Source: a virus
IMG/VR virus record: IMGVR_UViG_3300045988_115355
Location: 21,895-85,894 of that record
DNA: 64,000 nucleotides
Direction: 5' to 3' (one strand)
Shown: one piece after another, positions 1 through 13,700 of the stretch
Numbering within the stretch: the stretch's first letter is position 1
How the letters are laid out: each line of letters opens with the position of its first letter
Program-made: the position numbers and the translations under genes
The notes under the pieces: model-generated
The model's database searches: none
Seen by the model: the letters and a program-made list of their open reading frames with translations, nothing else
Told to the model about the DNA's origin: nothing

Positions 1-590
1 AAAATAATCCTTATAGTAGAGTTATTACAGATAACATTAACTATTATATCACTACTAACTTTAGAGTTATAATAGAAAATGACATGCTACCTGTCTTAAG
101 ATACTTAGCTAAGCCTTCTATTCATGAAAGGAGATATACAGTAAGTGTAATTACTGATATTGGTGTTACAAGAGAGTTTAACAGGCATAGATGCCACTCT
201 ATAACAGAAGAGAGTACAAGATATTGTAACTATTCAAAAGATAAATTTGGCAATGGACTTACATTTGTTATCCCTGCATGGAGTAATATTCCTGAAGGAG
301 TTAACTATAGTGAATCTGATAATTTCTTTAATACTCCTAAAGCAGATTATACCTATATGATGTCTTGTTTAGTAGCAGAAAACAACTATACTCAACTTAT
401 AGCTTTAGGATGGAAGCCACAGCAAGCAAGAGAAGTGTTACCTTTAGGACTTAAAACACAAGTTATCCATACTGCTTTTAAGTCTGATTGGGTTGATTTC
501 ATCAATTTAAGAAGTAAGGAAATAAGTGGCAAGGCACATCCTAATATAAAAATTATCGCTGATAAGATTAAGGTTTTACTTAATCTTTAA
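1..590 (+). CDS. thyX: Flavin-dependent thymidylate synthase ThyX, 5'-truncated by window edge (frame open from nt 3)
   Basis: Contains ThyX signature RHR-x7-S (NRHRCHSITEES) and ES.RY; reading frame stays open upstream of the annotated ATG to nt 3, so the gene starts outside the window. Confidence 0.65.
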   Translation, partial: NNPYSRVITDNINYYITTNFRVIIENDMLPVLRYLAKPSIHERRYTVSVITDIGVTREFNRHRCHSITEESTRYCNYSKDKFGNGLTFVIPAWSNIPEGVNYSESDNFFNTPKADYTYMMSCLVAENNYTQLIALGWKPQQAREVLPLGLKTQVIHTAFKSDWVDFINLRSKEISGKAHPNIKIIADKIKVLLNL

Positions 591-617
591 ATTAGTTCTT
601 TTTTAAGAAAAAAGACT

Positions 618-656
618 AACCCTGTAAGTATGTATTGCTTACAGGGTTTTTATTTA
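618..656. terminator. Bidirectional rho-independent terminator between convergent thyX and 1354-aa gene
   Basis: 11-bp stem AACCCTGTAAG/CTTACAGGGTT with 9-nt loop, flanked by A-run upstream and T-run (TTTTTATTTAT) downstream. Confidence 0.7.
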
Positions 657-672
657 TGTCTTTGACTATTAA

Positions 673-3600
673 CTATTTATTAGTAGACTGTTTAAATACA
701 TTAAAGACATAGTCCTCTTCATCAATATTAAACTGCTTCACTATCTGACTATAGAAGGGTATAACCCTCTTGAACTTATGCCAATAGAGATTTTCTCCTT
801 TATCTTTACCATTCTCTACTACACTAAAGAGATTAGTAACATCTATTAAAGCTCCTATATCATTAATCATGTTAGTAGAAGCAATAGGAGAGTTTAAAGT
901 AGTCACTATGTTGTTAACAAAACCCATAGCACCTTGTCCACTAAAAGGCATAGGAATAGGTGTTGAAGCCTGTGTTTCCATCAGCATTCTCTTAATCTGA
1001 TAGACAAGGTTTCTATAAGCCCTGTTTCCTCTTTTATCTTTATAATCACCAAGAGAGAGATTACTTGCAGTAAGCATAGCAAAGATAGCTACTTCTGCAA
1101 TACATCTTTTCATATTATATTTATCCATTTCAGATAACTCTTCCCATCTTGTCTGTATCTGCGGTCTTGCTTTTACAAGTCCTTCAGCACATCCTTTAAG
1201 ATAGTTCCATAGAGAAACATAATACCCTCTTCTGAATTCTCCTAAGTCTTGGTCATAATGAAGCCCCATAAATCTTCTACCATAGTGTGTAGGCATCCAT
1301 TGTCTGAAATTCATAATCAATCTACCTACTACATATCTATGAGCCATACCTTTATCTATATCACTAAAAGCACCGTGCATGGTCTTATTAGCATAGGTAA
1401 TTATCTTCTCAACTCTTTCTTCATCTTTTTCTGTGATAGGTCTGTAAGATACATTACCATCTTTATCTTTCTCTATCCATTGGTATCTCTTATCCAATAT
1501 AAGTTTACCATTGTTATCTTTCTTCTCTACTTCATAAGCCTCTCTTAAGGAAACATCTGTATTAGTTTTACTGTCATGTACCTTAGTATGATTTAAAATA
1601 GCATACATAGTAACAGCATGCAACATGTGTTCCCCCATACCATATAGCATAAAGAGATTAGCATTGCTAAGCATTCTACCTAAAGCTGATTTATGAAACC
1701 CTTTAGACTTTAAAGAGCCGTAGAAATCCTCTAATATATCAAATTTCTCCATTAATAATCCCATCTTTGAAGACTTGTTATTACTATTAAGTTCTAATAA
1801 GAAAGGAGCTAACTCTTTAAAATATTCATATTCTCCTATTCCTAAATCCTTAAGATTGTAGAACTCTCCTGCACCACCATCAATAAGCATTTGCAGTTTA
1901 CCTACTAATACATTAGCTTGTGCACCTAACATATTAGTAACAAGGCCTGTAGTAGAGGTATAAGTAGTAGCCCAATCAGCTATCTTATTTTTATCAATCC
2001 TTACCCCAAATAGATAGAAGCTGCCATTATCTATCTTTGTTTTACCATATACACTTTTTTCATAGAAGTCTGTCAGTAATCCTTCTGTATAACCATTCTT
2101 TTTATACACAGATTTAATGACCATATCTCTACCCCATGTAAAGATATCATTGGCTACTCTATTACCTTCTGTTTGAGTATATTTTCTTTCTCCTAATATC
2201 CAATCTTTACTAAGCATTAAGGCATCAATGATTTTACTCATTTCCATATACTGAATACTTGTAGCCATCATAGCCATCATGCCTTTTGAGAAGTCAGTAG
2301 ATAATCTTGTTTTATCTTTAATCTCTCTTGTAAAGAATAATGGTATTCTCATTAACTCCTGACCATTTAAATCAGATACTACTCTCTTAATACCATTTAA
2401 CTCTAATACATCGTCAAAGTCTTGACCATAATCAGTGTCATCTTCTCTTCTTTGTATAGCATCAGTAAGTATGTTCTTTACAGCATGATATACTTGCATA
2501 GGATTACCACCTGAATCTTTAATCAGTTGTGTGTAATCAGCTGCTACCTGAATAGCTTGAAAGAAGTCTGTTTCCTTGGTAGGATTTCTACTACTCATAA
2601 TCATCTTTAAAGCCATCATCTTATAGTAGTAATCTCTTTGTGCAGGGCTTAAACTAAAGACATCCTTCACAGCATATCTACTTCTCTTTGGAACCCTGAT
2701 ACTATATATATATTCATCAGGGTTTACTTTCTCCCCAAAGATTTCATGTACCATTTCCCTAATGATATTTTGCGGAAAACCTTCTTTAAATAAATCTGTC
2801 TTTTCTGTATTAGCTTTTATCCATTTATCCACTTTATAGTCAATAGATGTTTTACTTAAACCTTGCTCTTTCAAGGACTTAATATAGGCTTCCTTATCTC
2901 TATTAAAGGCTTTAAAGTCGTAGGGAGAAATAAGATACCCTGTTGGAACACCTTTCTCATCCCTGATATACATAAAATCAGATTTATTTCCTGACTTATA
3001 GAGAGCATCTGTAGCCTGTCTTACAATATACAGTCCTCTGTTTAACTCTTTATTTCTTTCTCTATTTCTCTCTTTAACAGCACCATAGATAAGATTTAAG
3101 ACAACATCGTTACTCTCATTCATAGAATAGACAAACCTATCAAAGAAATTAATATCTTTCTGTGCTATTCTAAGCATACTCTCTAAGGAATAAATCTCAT
3201 GGTCAAACTCTTTAGTATCTTCATTTCCCCAATATAACTTTAGAAAAGAATAGATAACATCAAATTGTTTATCTCTTGCACCGCTCTCTACATTCTCTAA
3301 TAGTGTATTTAATGATACCGCCTTATCACTTATCTGCGGTAATATATCCTTTAAATCTTCTTTCTCTTCATCTGTAAGATAGTCAAAGTTTGTAAGAGCT
3401 TTCATCGCAGGTTTATAAGCATTAGCTATCATTAAACCATTTCTAATAGCTCCTGACAGCCGATTAATAATATCCAAGGAATCAGGATTCATCTTATAAG
3501 AATCCTCTATCATGTTATATTCATCATTGAGTGTCTGTAACTCTATCTGAAAGTTATCAAGCATAGCGATAATAGCTGAAGTATAATCTTTAGCTTGCAT

Positions 3601-4737
3601 GAGTTTAGTGACCTCTTTTAAAGCCTTATCATCACCTTCACTTTTACCTTTCTTTGTTCTGTTTATCTCTAACTGTTGCAATCTTAAATTCAACAGTCTT
3701 TCAGCTGCTTCTTGTAGAGATTCTATTTTATCCTTAATACCATCAATAATTTCTTTATCTATATGATAGGTTTTATATAATTCTCTTAAAGTCTTCTTTA
3801 CTTCTTTTACTTCTGTTCCTTCAGTAGTTGTTGTGTTTTTATTTAGAGAGTTTCTATTTGCTTCTACAAAGGCATTTAAATCTTTGAGGTTGATAGAGCC
3901 TAATTTCTCTTTAACAGATAGAAGCATGATATCTATTTTCTCTTTCCAATAGTCATTGAGATTATTCAATGCTTCAGGCTCTAAACCATAAGCCCTGTTT
4001 CCCGACATAAAGGCAAGAACATTGGGAGTAAAGTCACCAAATTTATCTACAATCCTTTGCATCAAAGGATTTTCTTTAAATAACTCTTGAATAAATTTAG
4101 CTGTTACCTCATTATATAAATAACCATCAGCTCCTGAACTAAAGATAATATCCTTTACAGTGCTATAGAAACTCTTAGCATTTATTACATTGACAAAGGT
4201 ACTAAGTAAAGACTTTGTAAATACAGTGTTAACTTTTAATTTATCATTAAGATATTGCAATACACTATCTTTGATAATTCTATTATCTTCTAAGGTGAAG
4301 TTAGTATCAAAGTTATCAGCATTTAAAGGCTCTACTTCTATATGGAACATACCTTTTGTATAGGCAATAGTAGCTCTAAGATTCTTTTCTCTATTATTAA
4401 AGTCAAGAACCTTAGTTAATATCTCTTCAGGGGTACTATATTCTATAATATGACCCCTATCATCTACAGCACCTATCTCTTCTTTTTTATCTTCTATTAG
4501 CTTTTTACTTCTTACAATATCCTCTATACCTATCTTCTCTAAGAACTTAGGACTTCTGATTTCATCTTGGCTATTAAAGTCTTTCTTATCAAACTTATCT
4601 TTAATCTCTTGTTGAAGAGATAGGCTATATAAATAGTTTGCTAACTTTCTGTCTTTTCCTGTAGCTTTAAAGATATCCTTATAAAGCTCACTTGGTTTAC
4701 CTTTTACAATAGGTACTAATACACATACTGCTCCCAT
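673..4737 (-). CDS. Giant virion (putative ejected/cargo) protein, 1354 aa, unknown function
   Basis: Long intact ORF with ATG start; last gene of the block of giant genes next to the RNAP-like gene; no recognisable catalytic motif. Confidence 0.6.
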   Translation of the reverse strand: MGAVCVLVPIVKGKPSELYKDIFKATGKDRKLANYLYSLSLQQEIKDKFDKKDFNSQDEIRSPKFLEKIGIEDIVRSKKLIEDKKEEIGAVDDRGHIIEYSTPEEILTKVLDFNNREKNLRATIAYTKGMFHIEVEPLNADNFDTNFTLEDNRIIKDSVLQYLNDKLKVNTVFTKSLLSTFVNVINAKSFYSTVKDIIFSSGADGYLYNEVTAKFIQELFKENPLMQRIVDKFGDFTPNVLAFMSGNRAYGLEPEALNNLNDYWKEKIDIMLLSVKEKLGSINLKDLNAFVEANRNSLNKNTTTTEGTEVKEVKKTLRELYKTYHIDKEIIDGIKDKIESLQEAAERLLNLRLQQLEINRTKKGKSEGDDKALKEVTKLMQAKDYTSAIIAMLDNFQIELQTLNDEYNMIEDSYKMNPDSLDIINRLSGAIRNGLMIANAYKPAMKALTNFDYLTDEEKEDLKDILPQISDKAVSLNTLLENVESGARDKQFDVIYSFLKLYWGNEDTKEFDHEIYSLESMLRIAQKDINFFDRFVYSMNESNDVVLNLIYGAVKERNRERNKELNRGLYIVRQATDALYKSGNKSDFMYIRDEKGVPTGYLISPYDFKAFNRDKEAYIKSLKEQGLSKTSIDYKVDKWIKANTEKTDLFKEGFPQNIIREMVHEIFGEKVNPDEYIYSIRVPKRSRYAVKDVFSLSPAQRDYYYKMMALKMIMSSRNPTKETDFFQAIQVAADYTQLIKDSGGNPMQVYHAVKNILTDAIQRREDDTDYGQDFDDVLELNGIKRVVSDLNGQELMRIPLFFTREIKDKTRLSTDFSKGMMAMMATSIQYMEMSKIIDALMLSKDWILGERKYTQTEGNRVANDIFTWGRDMVIKSVYKKNGYTEGLLTDFYEKSVYGKTKIDNGSFYLFGVRIDKNKIADWATTYTSTTGLVTNMLGAQANVLVGKLQMLIDGGAGEFYNLKDLGIGEYEYFKELAPFLLELNSNNKSSKMGLLMEKFDILEDFYGSLKSKGFHKSALGRMLSNANLFMLYGMGEHMLHAVTMYAILNHTKVHDSKTNTDVSLREAYEVEKKDNNGKLILDKRYQWIEKDKDGNVSYRPITEKDEERVEKIITYANKTMHGAFSDIDKGMAHRYVVGRLIMNFRQWMPTHYGRRFMGLHYDQDLGEFRRGYYVSLWNYLKGCAEGLVKARPQIQTRWEELSEMDKYNMKRCIAEVAIFAMLTASNLSLGDYKDKRGNRAYRNLVYQIKRMLMETQASTPIPMPFSGQGAMGFVNNIVTTLNSPIASTNMINDIGALIDVTNLFSVVENGKDKGENLYWHKFKRVIPFYSQIVKQFNIDEEDYVFNVFKQSTNK

Positions 4738-4758
4738 ATTATAATCTTTATTTCTTTA

Positions 4759-4766
4759 CAAAATTA
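4759..4766 (-). promoter_or_regulatory. Putative Bacteroides-type -7 box (TAATTTTG on minus strand) upstream of 1354-aa gene
   Basis: Plus-strand CAAAATTA = minus TAnnTTTG consensus, ~20 nt upstream of ATG at 4737 in a 29-nt intergenic gap. Confidence 0.4.
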
Positions 4767-7700
4767 CTAACATAATTTCAATTCCTCAATAGTCTTCTTA
4801 GCATTCTCCATAGTAAGTTCTGCTTTAGAAGCATCACCCACTATCTGTCTAATCTTATTAGCTACTTCATCTGTTATCATAGGGAAAGCCATAGAGTTAT
4901 ATTGGTAAGTTTCAAGGCTTTTTTCCAAGCCTTTAACCTTAGCTATCTCATCCATAGCTTCATAGTTCTCAAACTCTTTACCAAAGAATAACATGTGAGC
5001 AACATAATCATAAGCACTGCTATAAGTAGGAGTGTTCTTCTCCCCTTCCTTACCTGTAGAGGGTTGTGTATCTACATTTTCTACTTCTGTAGTTTCAGTA
5101 CTATTATTCTGTGCTTCCTTTTCAGCTTCTTCAGCTTCTTTCTTAGCAGCTATTCTCTCATTAATCTTAGTCCATATAGTATTAGGGAAATAAACATTAG
5201 GGTCTATCTCAAAACTATTTCCATTCCCACCTAAGCTATCTACTATTTGTACAATAGAAGTAGCTTTATCCCTATGCTTACTATAACCTCTGTATAGCTT
5301 ACCATCAGGAGCTTTAAACCTAATGATAGTAGGAGTAAAGGTAGTGATAGGAGCTAAGAAATAATGATTGCCAAACTTATCTTCTTGTAAGGTAATACCC
5401 TCTTTACTCAAATCATAGTACTTACCTAAGTTATTATTCAGCATAAACTGAACAACCATCTTAGTGATATGCTTTTCTATATCTATCTCATTATTACTTA
5501 GATTAGTGATATAATTAGGCAGCTTCGTCTTTAAAGTATTAGGCATAAGCTGTAAGAAAGTCTTAGGGCTAAAACCAAATGACCCTCTGAAATAGTTATA
5601 TTCCACTAACTGTAAAGCAAGTTTAGGGTCTTTCTCATATAAATCTTCCCATGCTCCTTTAAGTTCATCAATCTTATCTCTACTCATTCCCCTTACATCT
5701 AAGTTGAGTACAGTGATGCCATTCTTCTGTGTCTCTATAGTAATAGCTTTAATAAGAGGATTGTCAATATATTTAGTTTTAATCTCATTAAAGTCTACAG
5801 GGAACCTCTCTGCATAGTAAAGTCTATGCTTATAGTCATTATTAAATACAGGGTTCTCAATATTCACATAATAGGACATAAAGAAATTCATAAAATTAGT
5901 AGCTATAGATTCATTCATATAACCCGATGCTTTATAAAGATACATAAAACTATCTGTGAAAGATTCATTACCTTGTACAAGATTATTTCCTAATAAGATA
6001 TTATGTAATCCATAACTCTCTGTTTTAAAAGAACTTACAATAGGAAGACCTTTAAGGTAATTCTTTAATACAGTGTGTATATGTTCATCATCTTCAAACT
6101 TTGCATCCTTAATCATCATCATCAAAGTATTAGCCATTGTAGGACCAAGAGCATGTGAAATACTATTATAAGATGTCATGTGAGTTAAATTTCTAAAGGT
6201 ATCGGATATCTTGTTTACTTTTCCATACAACTCTAAGATAGTCATATTTCTAATATAACTATCAATACCTTCATCTTCCTCTTTAATAGCTTCTTTGAAA
6301 TCTTCATTCTTAAGAGATACATTTTGTACAACACCTGTGATAGAGGAATCTAATGCTTTAGCTTTTTCAAGCTCTTCAACAGTTAAATCAAGTATCATTT
6401 CATCAATGTTAACATAATCACCTGAAGAAGCTCTTACAGCATATTCATTAGCTAATTTTTGTATAATAGGAGTACTTAAGAACAGTCCTACTGTCTCTAA
6501 AGAGAAGCCTAATCTCACTAAGGTAGTTACAATATTCACAGTGTTCATATTGATACCCATAAGGTTTAATATAGGGTCTTTTACAGCATCTACAGAAGCT
6601 GCTAATAACTGCGCTAAGTTCTCACTTATTCTTGTAACACCATCAAAAGAATATTCCTCATCAATAGATACATCCCTTCTTATATCATGACCATTTAATG
6701 TAAATTCTTGCTCTGCTTCTATACCTATCTTATGTATAGGAGCATTCATGATAATAGAATGAGAGATATTAGATACTGCAAATACACCAATCAACTTAGC
6801 TGCTACCATATTTTGTTTATGGAATCTAAGTTGAGTATCTGCATACATCAAAGATTGTGAGCTATAGCTTATATCTTTAAGTTCTTTGATACTCATCTTA
6901 CCTAATTCATCGAAGTCTTCTTCTGATGTTCTTGCAGCTTCAATCATATAACCTACTCTCTTAAGCTCATCAAAGTTACCTGCCGATAACACTTGGCTCA
7001 TGGCTTGTGGAGAAGTAAGGATAGCCCATTGAGTAGCAACATTTAAATTATCATTAGCTTCCTTACCTACTTTAGGAGACCTATAGATAACTCTCTTTCC
7101 TTGATAGTTCTTCCAAGCATCCCTAATAAGTTCTGCTTGTGTGCTTAACTTTTCAGCTTCAGTGCTATCTTTACTAATAATATCTCTTACTAATTCTTTA
7201 GATAACCCTGTTTCCTTTGCAGCCCATTCTACAAATCCTTTCTTATCTTTTACTTTAAATCTATTTAAGGAGTATCTCATGATATAGAGTTTATCTATAT
7301 CAAAGTCAGAACCTGAAAGTAGTGTAATTTCTTTAGGCAACATAATAGCTTCTCCTGCTTCAGCAGGTAAGAAACCTTTAATTCTGATAGGTACCATAGA
7401 ATACTTTGCTTCTGTAGGAATTCTATAACCAACCATTTCTAATAATCTTGGGTTGGCTTGCGCCATAGCTTTAATATCTATAGTACCATCTTCCTTAGCA
7501 AAGTCTCTAATGATATTCTCATCATAAATAGGTAAGTAACATTCAAAGTAAGCTACACTATTCTGATGCTTGGCTTTATATTCATCATAAGTCTTCTCCT
7601 TATCAATCTTAATATATTTGTTATCTTGCTTACCTGTCTTAAGAGCTTCATTAAATTCCTTTTCTGTGAGTAAAATATTACCTTTTTTATCTTGGAATCT

Positions 7701-10700
7701 AATATTAAGATTATCAGATAAACCATAAGAAGAAGTCTGTACTACAGGACCACCTGCTATCTTCTGTTTATAAACAGTATTTTTAATAATACTGTTAAGA
7801 AGTTGCTGTATTCTGTAGGTTTGTACAGGGTCACTAAGAGGAATATTAAATTCACCATTCTCATCAGTAGAACAAGCCCATAGTAAATCTAAATCGCCTC
7901 TACCACTACTTAGAATCTCTTGTTGTAAGATTCTACTTAGTTGTACATTTCTTAGTTTTTGATTCTGAAAGTTAACACCTAATCTTTCAGATAACTCCTG
8001 CACACTCGTCTTTACATTCTCCTTGATAGCTTTATAGTAGTTTTGTTTAGCTTCAGCAACTGTTATTTCCTTAGCTACTCTTCTACCATATTCATCTTCC
8101 TCATAGATAACAACCTTATTATCATTACCTGCTTCATCTGTATCAGGCATATCAGCAACTATCAAAGCTCTATCTTGTGAACCTTGTTGCTGCTCTCCTT
8201 GGAAGTGTTTAGGTATCTCCTGCTGTAAGCTGTAATCTTCAAATGGTAATTCATGAACATTATCCATATTATAACTACCATCTGCATTATACATCTTCTT
8301 TTTAAAGAGTTCTTTAATCTCATCATAAGAGAGATTGTTAATATCTAAGGCTTCCATTAAACCTGTCTTAACAGTGGATTCAAACTGTATAGTATCAATA
8401 CCTTTAGTATTAGCTTCTCCTTTCAGAGTATTACCCTCAATCTTCATCCCTTGACTTTCTTCCATTACATCAAAGAGAGCTGTAAGTTTTGATTGTACAC
8501 CTTGCCCTCTCATTAGAGCATCAGCCATCACTAAGAGATATTCAGAATCTTTATTCTGTACACCTACTTTCAGTTTAGGTAAATAAGGATTATGTCCATC
8601 CTTTTCTATCTGTGAATAAAGGAAAGGTTTTAAAGGTTGCCATTTACCATTTAAATCTTTTAAAGTGAAATCACCTTTAAGAATTCTATGATAAGCAGCT
8701 TCATCTTCATTATCCCATTTCCCAAATATAATCATCTTCTTCCTATAAGGAGTAGGAGAAGTATAACCTTGTGCATCTGCCCAGTTGATAGACTTAAAAG
8801 CATCTATCAAAGCATCTACTTTTGATAAGGCTAAATCTCTTAATACCTGATTATCTTTATATTTAGGATTTTCAAGTATCTTCTTCTTTACTTCTTCAAG
8901 GTTTGATATTATATCTGAAACAGAAATACTGTCTTTTAAATACATGGTTCTAAACTTACCATCACTAACTCTCTTACCTTGATAAGTAGCATTAACATTA
9001 GGATTTAACCCCGGGGCATGATATTGTGCTAATCTCTTTTGTAAGTCTTCTGCATTCTTATAAAAGGCAGTATCAGTAACCAACAACTGTGTAAGCTGTG
9101 TAGTATAGAAATAATCTTCAAAAAAGAATTGCCTTGTATTTGTATTACTTGTAAGTGTTTCACTATACAGAGGGCTGTTAGTATCTGTAACAGCAGGTTC
9201 AAATTCATATAATTCTCTATAACCTACACTGTTATCCTCATTATCATAATTAGCAGTAATATCTTGTATAATATTCTCACTACTTAAATAATGTAAGAAG
9301 CCCGAATATCTTAACTCTATCGCATCCTCTATTACTTCAGGTAATACCCTTGCAATATAAGCAGCTTCTCCTTTGATAGTTTCTTCTACTATCTCATTTG
9401 TTTTATAATTCTTAGTATGTATAGTAAATTCAGTATCAGGGTCTAAAGCATCTTCATGAATCATCTTATAGATAATCTTACCTATATTATAAACTCTATT
9501 ATTTGAAGTACCTTCCTTTCTACTTTCTAATTCCTCATAAATATTCAGATAGTTATTTAAGAAATCAAGCCATTGAAACTTACTACCATTCTTATCAAAG
9601 TTTGTAATAGTAGGAGCACCATGAGCTTTTCTATAATTAACAGCTTTTATTCTGTTAATCTCCTGATAGAAAGTCTTTTCTGCTAAGAAGTTAACTATAT
9701 CACTAATAGGAAGATGTCTTAATTTAACATATTCCTCTGACGGCTTATTAGACATAATAGGTATTCTAAAGTAACCATAAAGATTCTGTCTATTACCATA
9801 TTCCCACATAGAGAGCATACTATTCAAATACTGATGAGTAGTCTTATCAGTATAACCTATCTTATCATCAGTGAGCAATACTACATGTTTAAGTAATTCC
9901 TTATCCATATCCTTTCTTTCGGCTAACTCTAAGATATAGTTTAGCCAACCTTTAGGACCTGCTTGCATTCTATTACTATCTTCTACTTCAGTACTGTTAT
10001 AGAAGATACCTTCATAAGGTTTAAATTCCTCATTTAATGTATCTTCTACATTCCCTGAAGTGCCATTCAGCTTTTCAAAGAGTTTACTCAAATAGTTTGG
10101 AAGTACATAGCTATAATATAACTTACCATTAGCATAGGTAACAGCTTCCATATCACTACCCATATAAGAAGCTATAGGTCTTAACAACTCATTGATATAG
10201 CTTTTTGTCTTATAAGAGACATATTTAAAGTTAGTCTTATTCTCTTCACTTGCTAATGTTCTACCTAAGTACATTACATACTTACAGAACATTTCAAGAT
10301 TATCCCTTCTTAAGCCTTTATTAATAGCACTTGAAGGATTAAAGATTTGATATAGCTCTTCTACTGTAGGGGTATCTATATTAAGTAGAGTATATATCAT
10401 TTGAATACTCTTAGCATCATCCATAGTGAAGACTCTTCTCTTCTCTTGTTTACCTGTCTTAGGATTTCTGACAAGTCCATATTGATTAGAGAACTGAACA
10501 TAATGAGAAATACCTGTAAGGAGATTATAAATCTCATCCATAATCTTTTCATTGATTTCTCCTTTTTCAGCATCCCATATAGTCAAAGCACCTTTATCTT
10601 TATTACGTTCTTTCTGCTGTAAGTTCTTAATAGCTTCATCAGCAAACTGCTTATCATTCATGATTTTCATAATACCTTTCCCTTGCTCATCTTTATAGAG

Positions 10701-13700
10701 AACAGCATATTTCTGAAAATACATTTTAAACTTACTATAGAACTGTGATTTAAACTGCTCATTACCATCACTTACTAAGATACCTGTCATTTGGTTTCCA
10801 CCAATAAGACCTCCATCCCAATAAGTTCCTACTAATTGGTTAAGCCAAGGTTCTGATTGTAAATGCTTTTGAAGCATACCTATCATAGAGTTATCTTTAT
10901 AACTACCATCAGCATTCTTCTCATCTAAGCTAAGAGCACCTTGTGTATAAAGAAGTATCTTGTTGACAGCTGTAGCACCATCTACTTTTCTTGCAATACC
11001 ATATTCATCTAAATTATAAGTACCGTCAGGATTGATAACATATAATTTATTAATAGCAATCTTTAGTATCTTACTTAAACTACTATGAGCAGATAACTGT
11101 CTAAAGCCTACTTGCCAATGCTCTAAAGAGTTACCAAATATCTCCTGTGTTTCTTGCTCTGTTTCTTCTGTGATAGCTTCTCCATCAGCATTCTCCTGCA
11201 TGTCTATAGGCTTTTCATTTAAAGCTACTTCCTCCATATCAGCTAATGTATCATAGCCTAACTTTACAAATGCTTCAAAGTTATCATAAATCATATTCAT
11301 CTTATCACAGATGTCATCATCATTATCAGCAGGCTCTGTATTTACATTCACATTGAAAACAGTCTCCTTGACAATATTAAGAAGTCTATCTAAACCAACA
11401 GTATTAAGTACTTCTATTCTTGTCATGTGAGTAAAGTCTACATCTTTAAACTCTTTATCAAGACCTAAAATAGCTTTACTTGCTTCATTACTCTGGAGCA
11501 TAGTGATATAATCACTGACCTTAAACATAGTAGTCTTTGCTAAGTGTTTAAGCTCTGAAGCAGTGAATATCTTTGAATCTAAGAAGTCTTTCTTAAACTT
11601 AATATCTCTTAGTTCTGTTTCTGTATAACCTACAGTGTAATTACCAAAGGCAGCTTTATATAAACCATATCTACTTAAGGTATTCAACTTAGCTCTTAAG
11701 CTCTTATTGATATTATTCGTGTAGAGAGTTTCTCCTAACTTTAAATCACCTTTATCAATAGCTTTAATAATCTTATCAGCTACCTCATCATCAGTACCTG
11801 TAAATAAGTCTTCTTCCTCTTTAGGCGTAGCATTTAAAGAGACTACTTCTGTAGTACTCTCAATAGCTTCTTTGACAAAATCATTAATACTGATTCCTAA
11901 CTTATTAGCAGCCTTTAAATCTTCAGCAGTAATAAACAATGCTTTGTGGTTAGCATCTGTATAAATGATTTTATCCTTAAGAGATTGTAAATTATCTTCT
12001 CTACTCTTATTTTCGTCTAAGTCTAATCCTATAAATTTAATACCATCCCTATCAAATACTAAGGCATGTTTATTATACTCGATATATCTATTATCAAAGT
12101 AATCTTCATTAAGTAAAGAATCAGCACCACTGTTATTAATTACCCTTTCAATTCTATATCTGTGAATCTCATTCTCATTATTTCTATGTAATATTCTACC
12201 TTTTAATCTGTCCTTTACTCTATTACTTAAGAAGTCTATAATACGAGTATCTAAGTTTAATCTTTCTTTCTCTGTCTCTACATTAGGTTGTACTACTAAA
12301 TCTGTAAGGACAGGCACTAATTGGTCATATAAAGTATTATTTGTTTTAGGTTTAATAAGTCCTAATATCCAATTAATAAGTTTCTCAAACCATGACATCT
12401 TACTTGTAGGTCTTGGTTTAAGCCTCATTAATAGAGTTTGGAATTCTCTATTAGAAAAGAACTCTGCTATAAACTCTTTAGGATTATACAGAGCATATAT
12501 ATCAAAAGGAACTATTCTACCTTTATATTCACCATCAGGAAATTTATCAGAATAGGATTTTATTTGCTGAATAATATCTACCATCATATTCTTCAACATC
12601 CTAAAGCTAGTAGCATCAGACAATGCTTTCTGTACAGTCAAAGTATGTACTAACTCATGCAATATAACTTTAGGTAAATTGAATTTTACATTACCTCTTG
12701 TATTTACATTAATATTAATTTGGTTTCCCTTGGCAAACCCAGCTCTTAATTTATTCTCATCATGATAGAAATTAATAGTAATTCCAGCATTTTGCACTAA
12801 AGGTAAAAATAATGTAGCTAAAGTAGCATAGTATTTTTGATTATAATCATCACCTGCATTATCTATTAAAGTAGCTAAAACATCTTCAGCTTTTAATTCT
12901 TTATTTACAGGAAATGTTTCTACCTTAACACCTTTTCTTTGGTCTTCTGTGAGACTTTTAAAGCTTAACATTTGTTTGCCTGCTGTAGCTTTATATATAG
13001 CATCTAAAACTTTATCTCCTGATGCTTTTACTTCTTCTTCTGTAATAGTAGGAGGTGTAGCTACCTGCATTAAATCATCAGAATGTAACTTAATTACATC
13101 AGATTCTTTAGTAGTAGCAAAAGGAAAGAACTCACTCTTATTTGCTTCATAGTCTAATATTTTACTTCCTACATTGTCTCTGTGGAATTTATAATAGATG
13201 CCTGTACTATCAAAGTAAGCTAATAAATCTTTCTTAATAGCAGCATCCTGCATTCTTCTTTGTACAGCATTCCTTGGTGATTGCTTATAAGCATTATTAA
13301 TGCTTTTCTGATAATCTATTTTACCTGCTTCAGCAGTCTTTAAAGATAATACAGGAGCTTTAATAACTACTTTCCAAGTTCCTTTATCAGGTTCTGTGTA
13401 TTCACTACTATGTTTCAAAGGAGCTATTTCCTCCTTTGAAGGTTGTCTATATATAAAGACATTCCCCTTACCAAACTTAGGTGATAACTCTTTATCTCTA
13501 AACTTTTCAGCATCACCCTTAGAATTGAAAGTAAAGGTGTTCCCTATTTTTCTATAGTATCTTACTTGTGCTACAGTACCTTCAAAAGATAAATGTTCTA
13601 CATAAGCCTTTATCTGATTAGCAGTAGGCATAAAATCATCTTGATGTAATACCTCTCTAAAGTATTTTATTAGATAGTTTACTATATCAAGTGAATACCC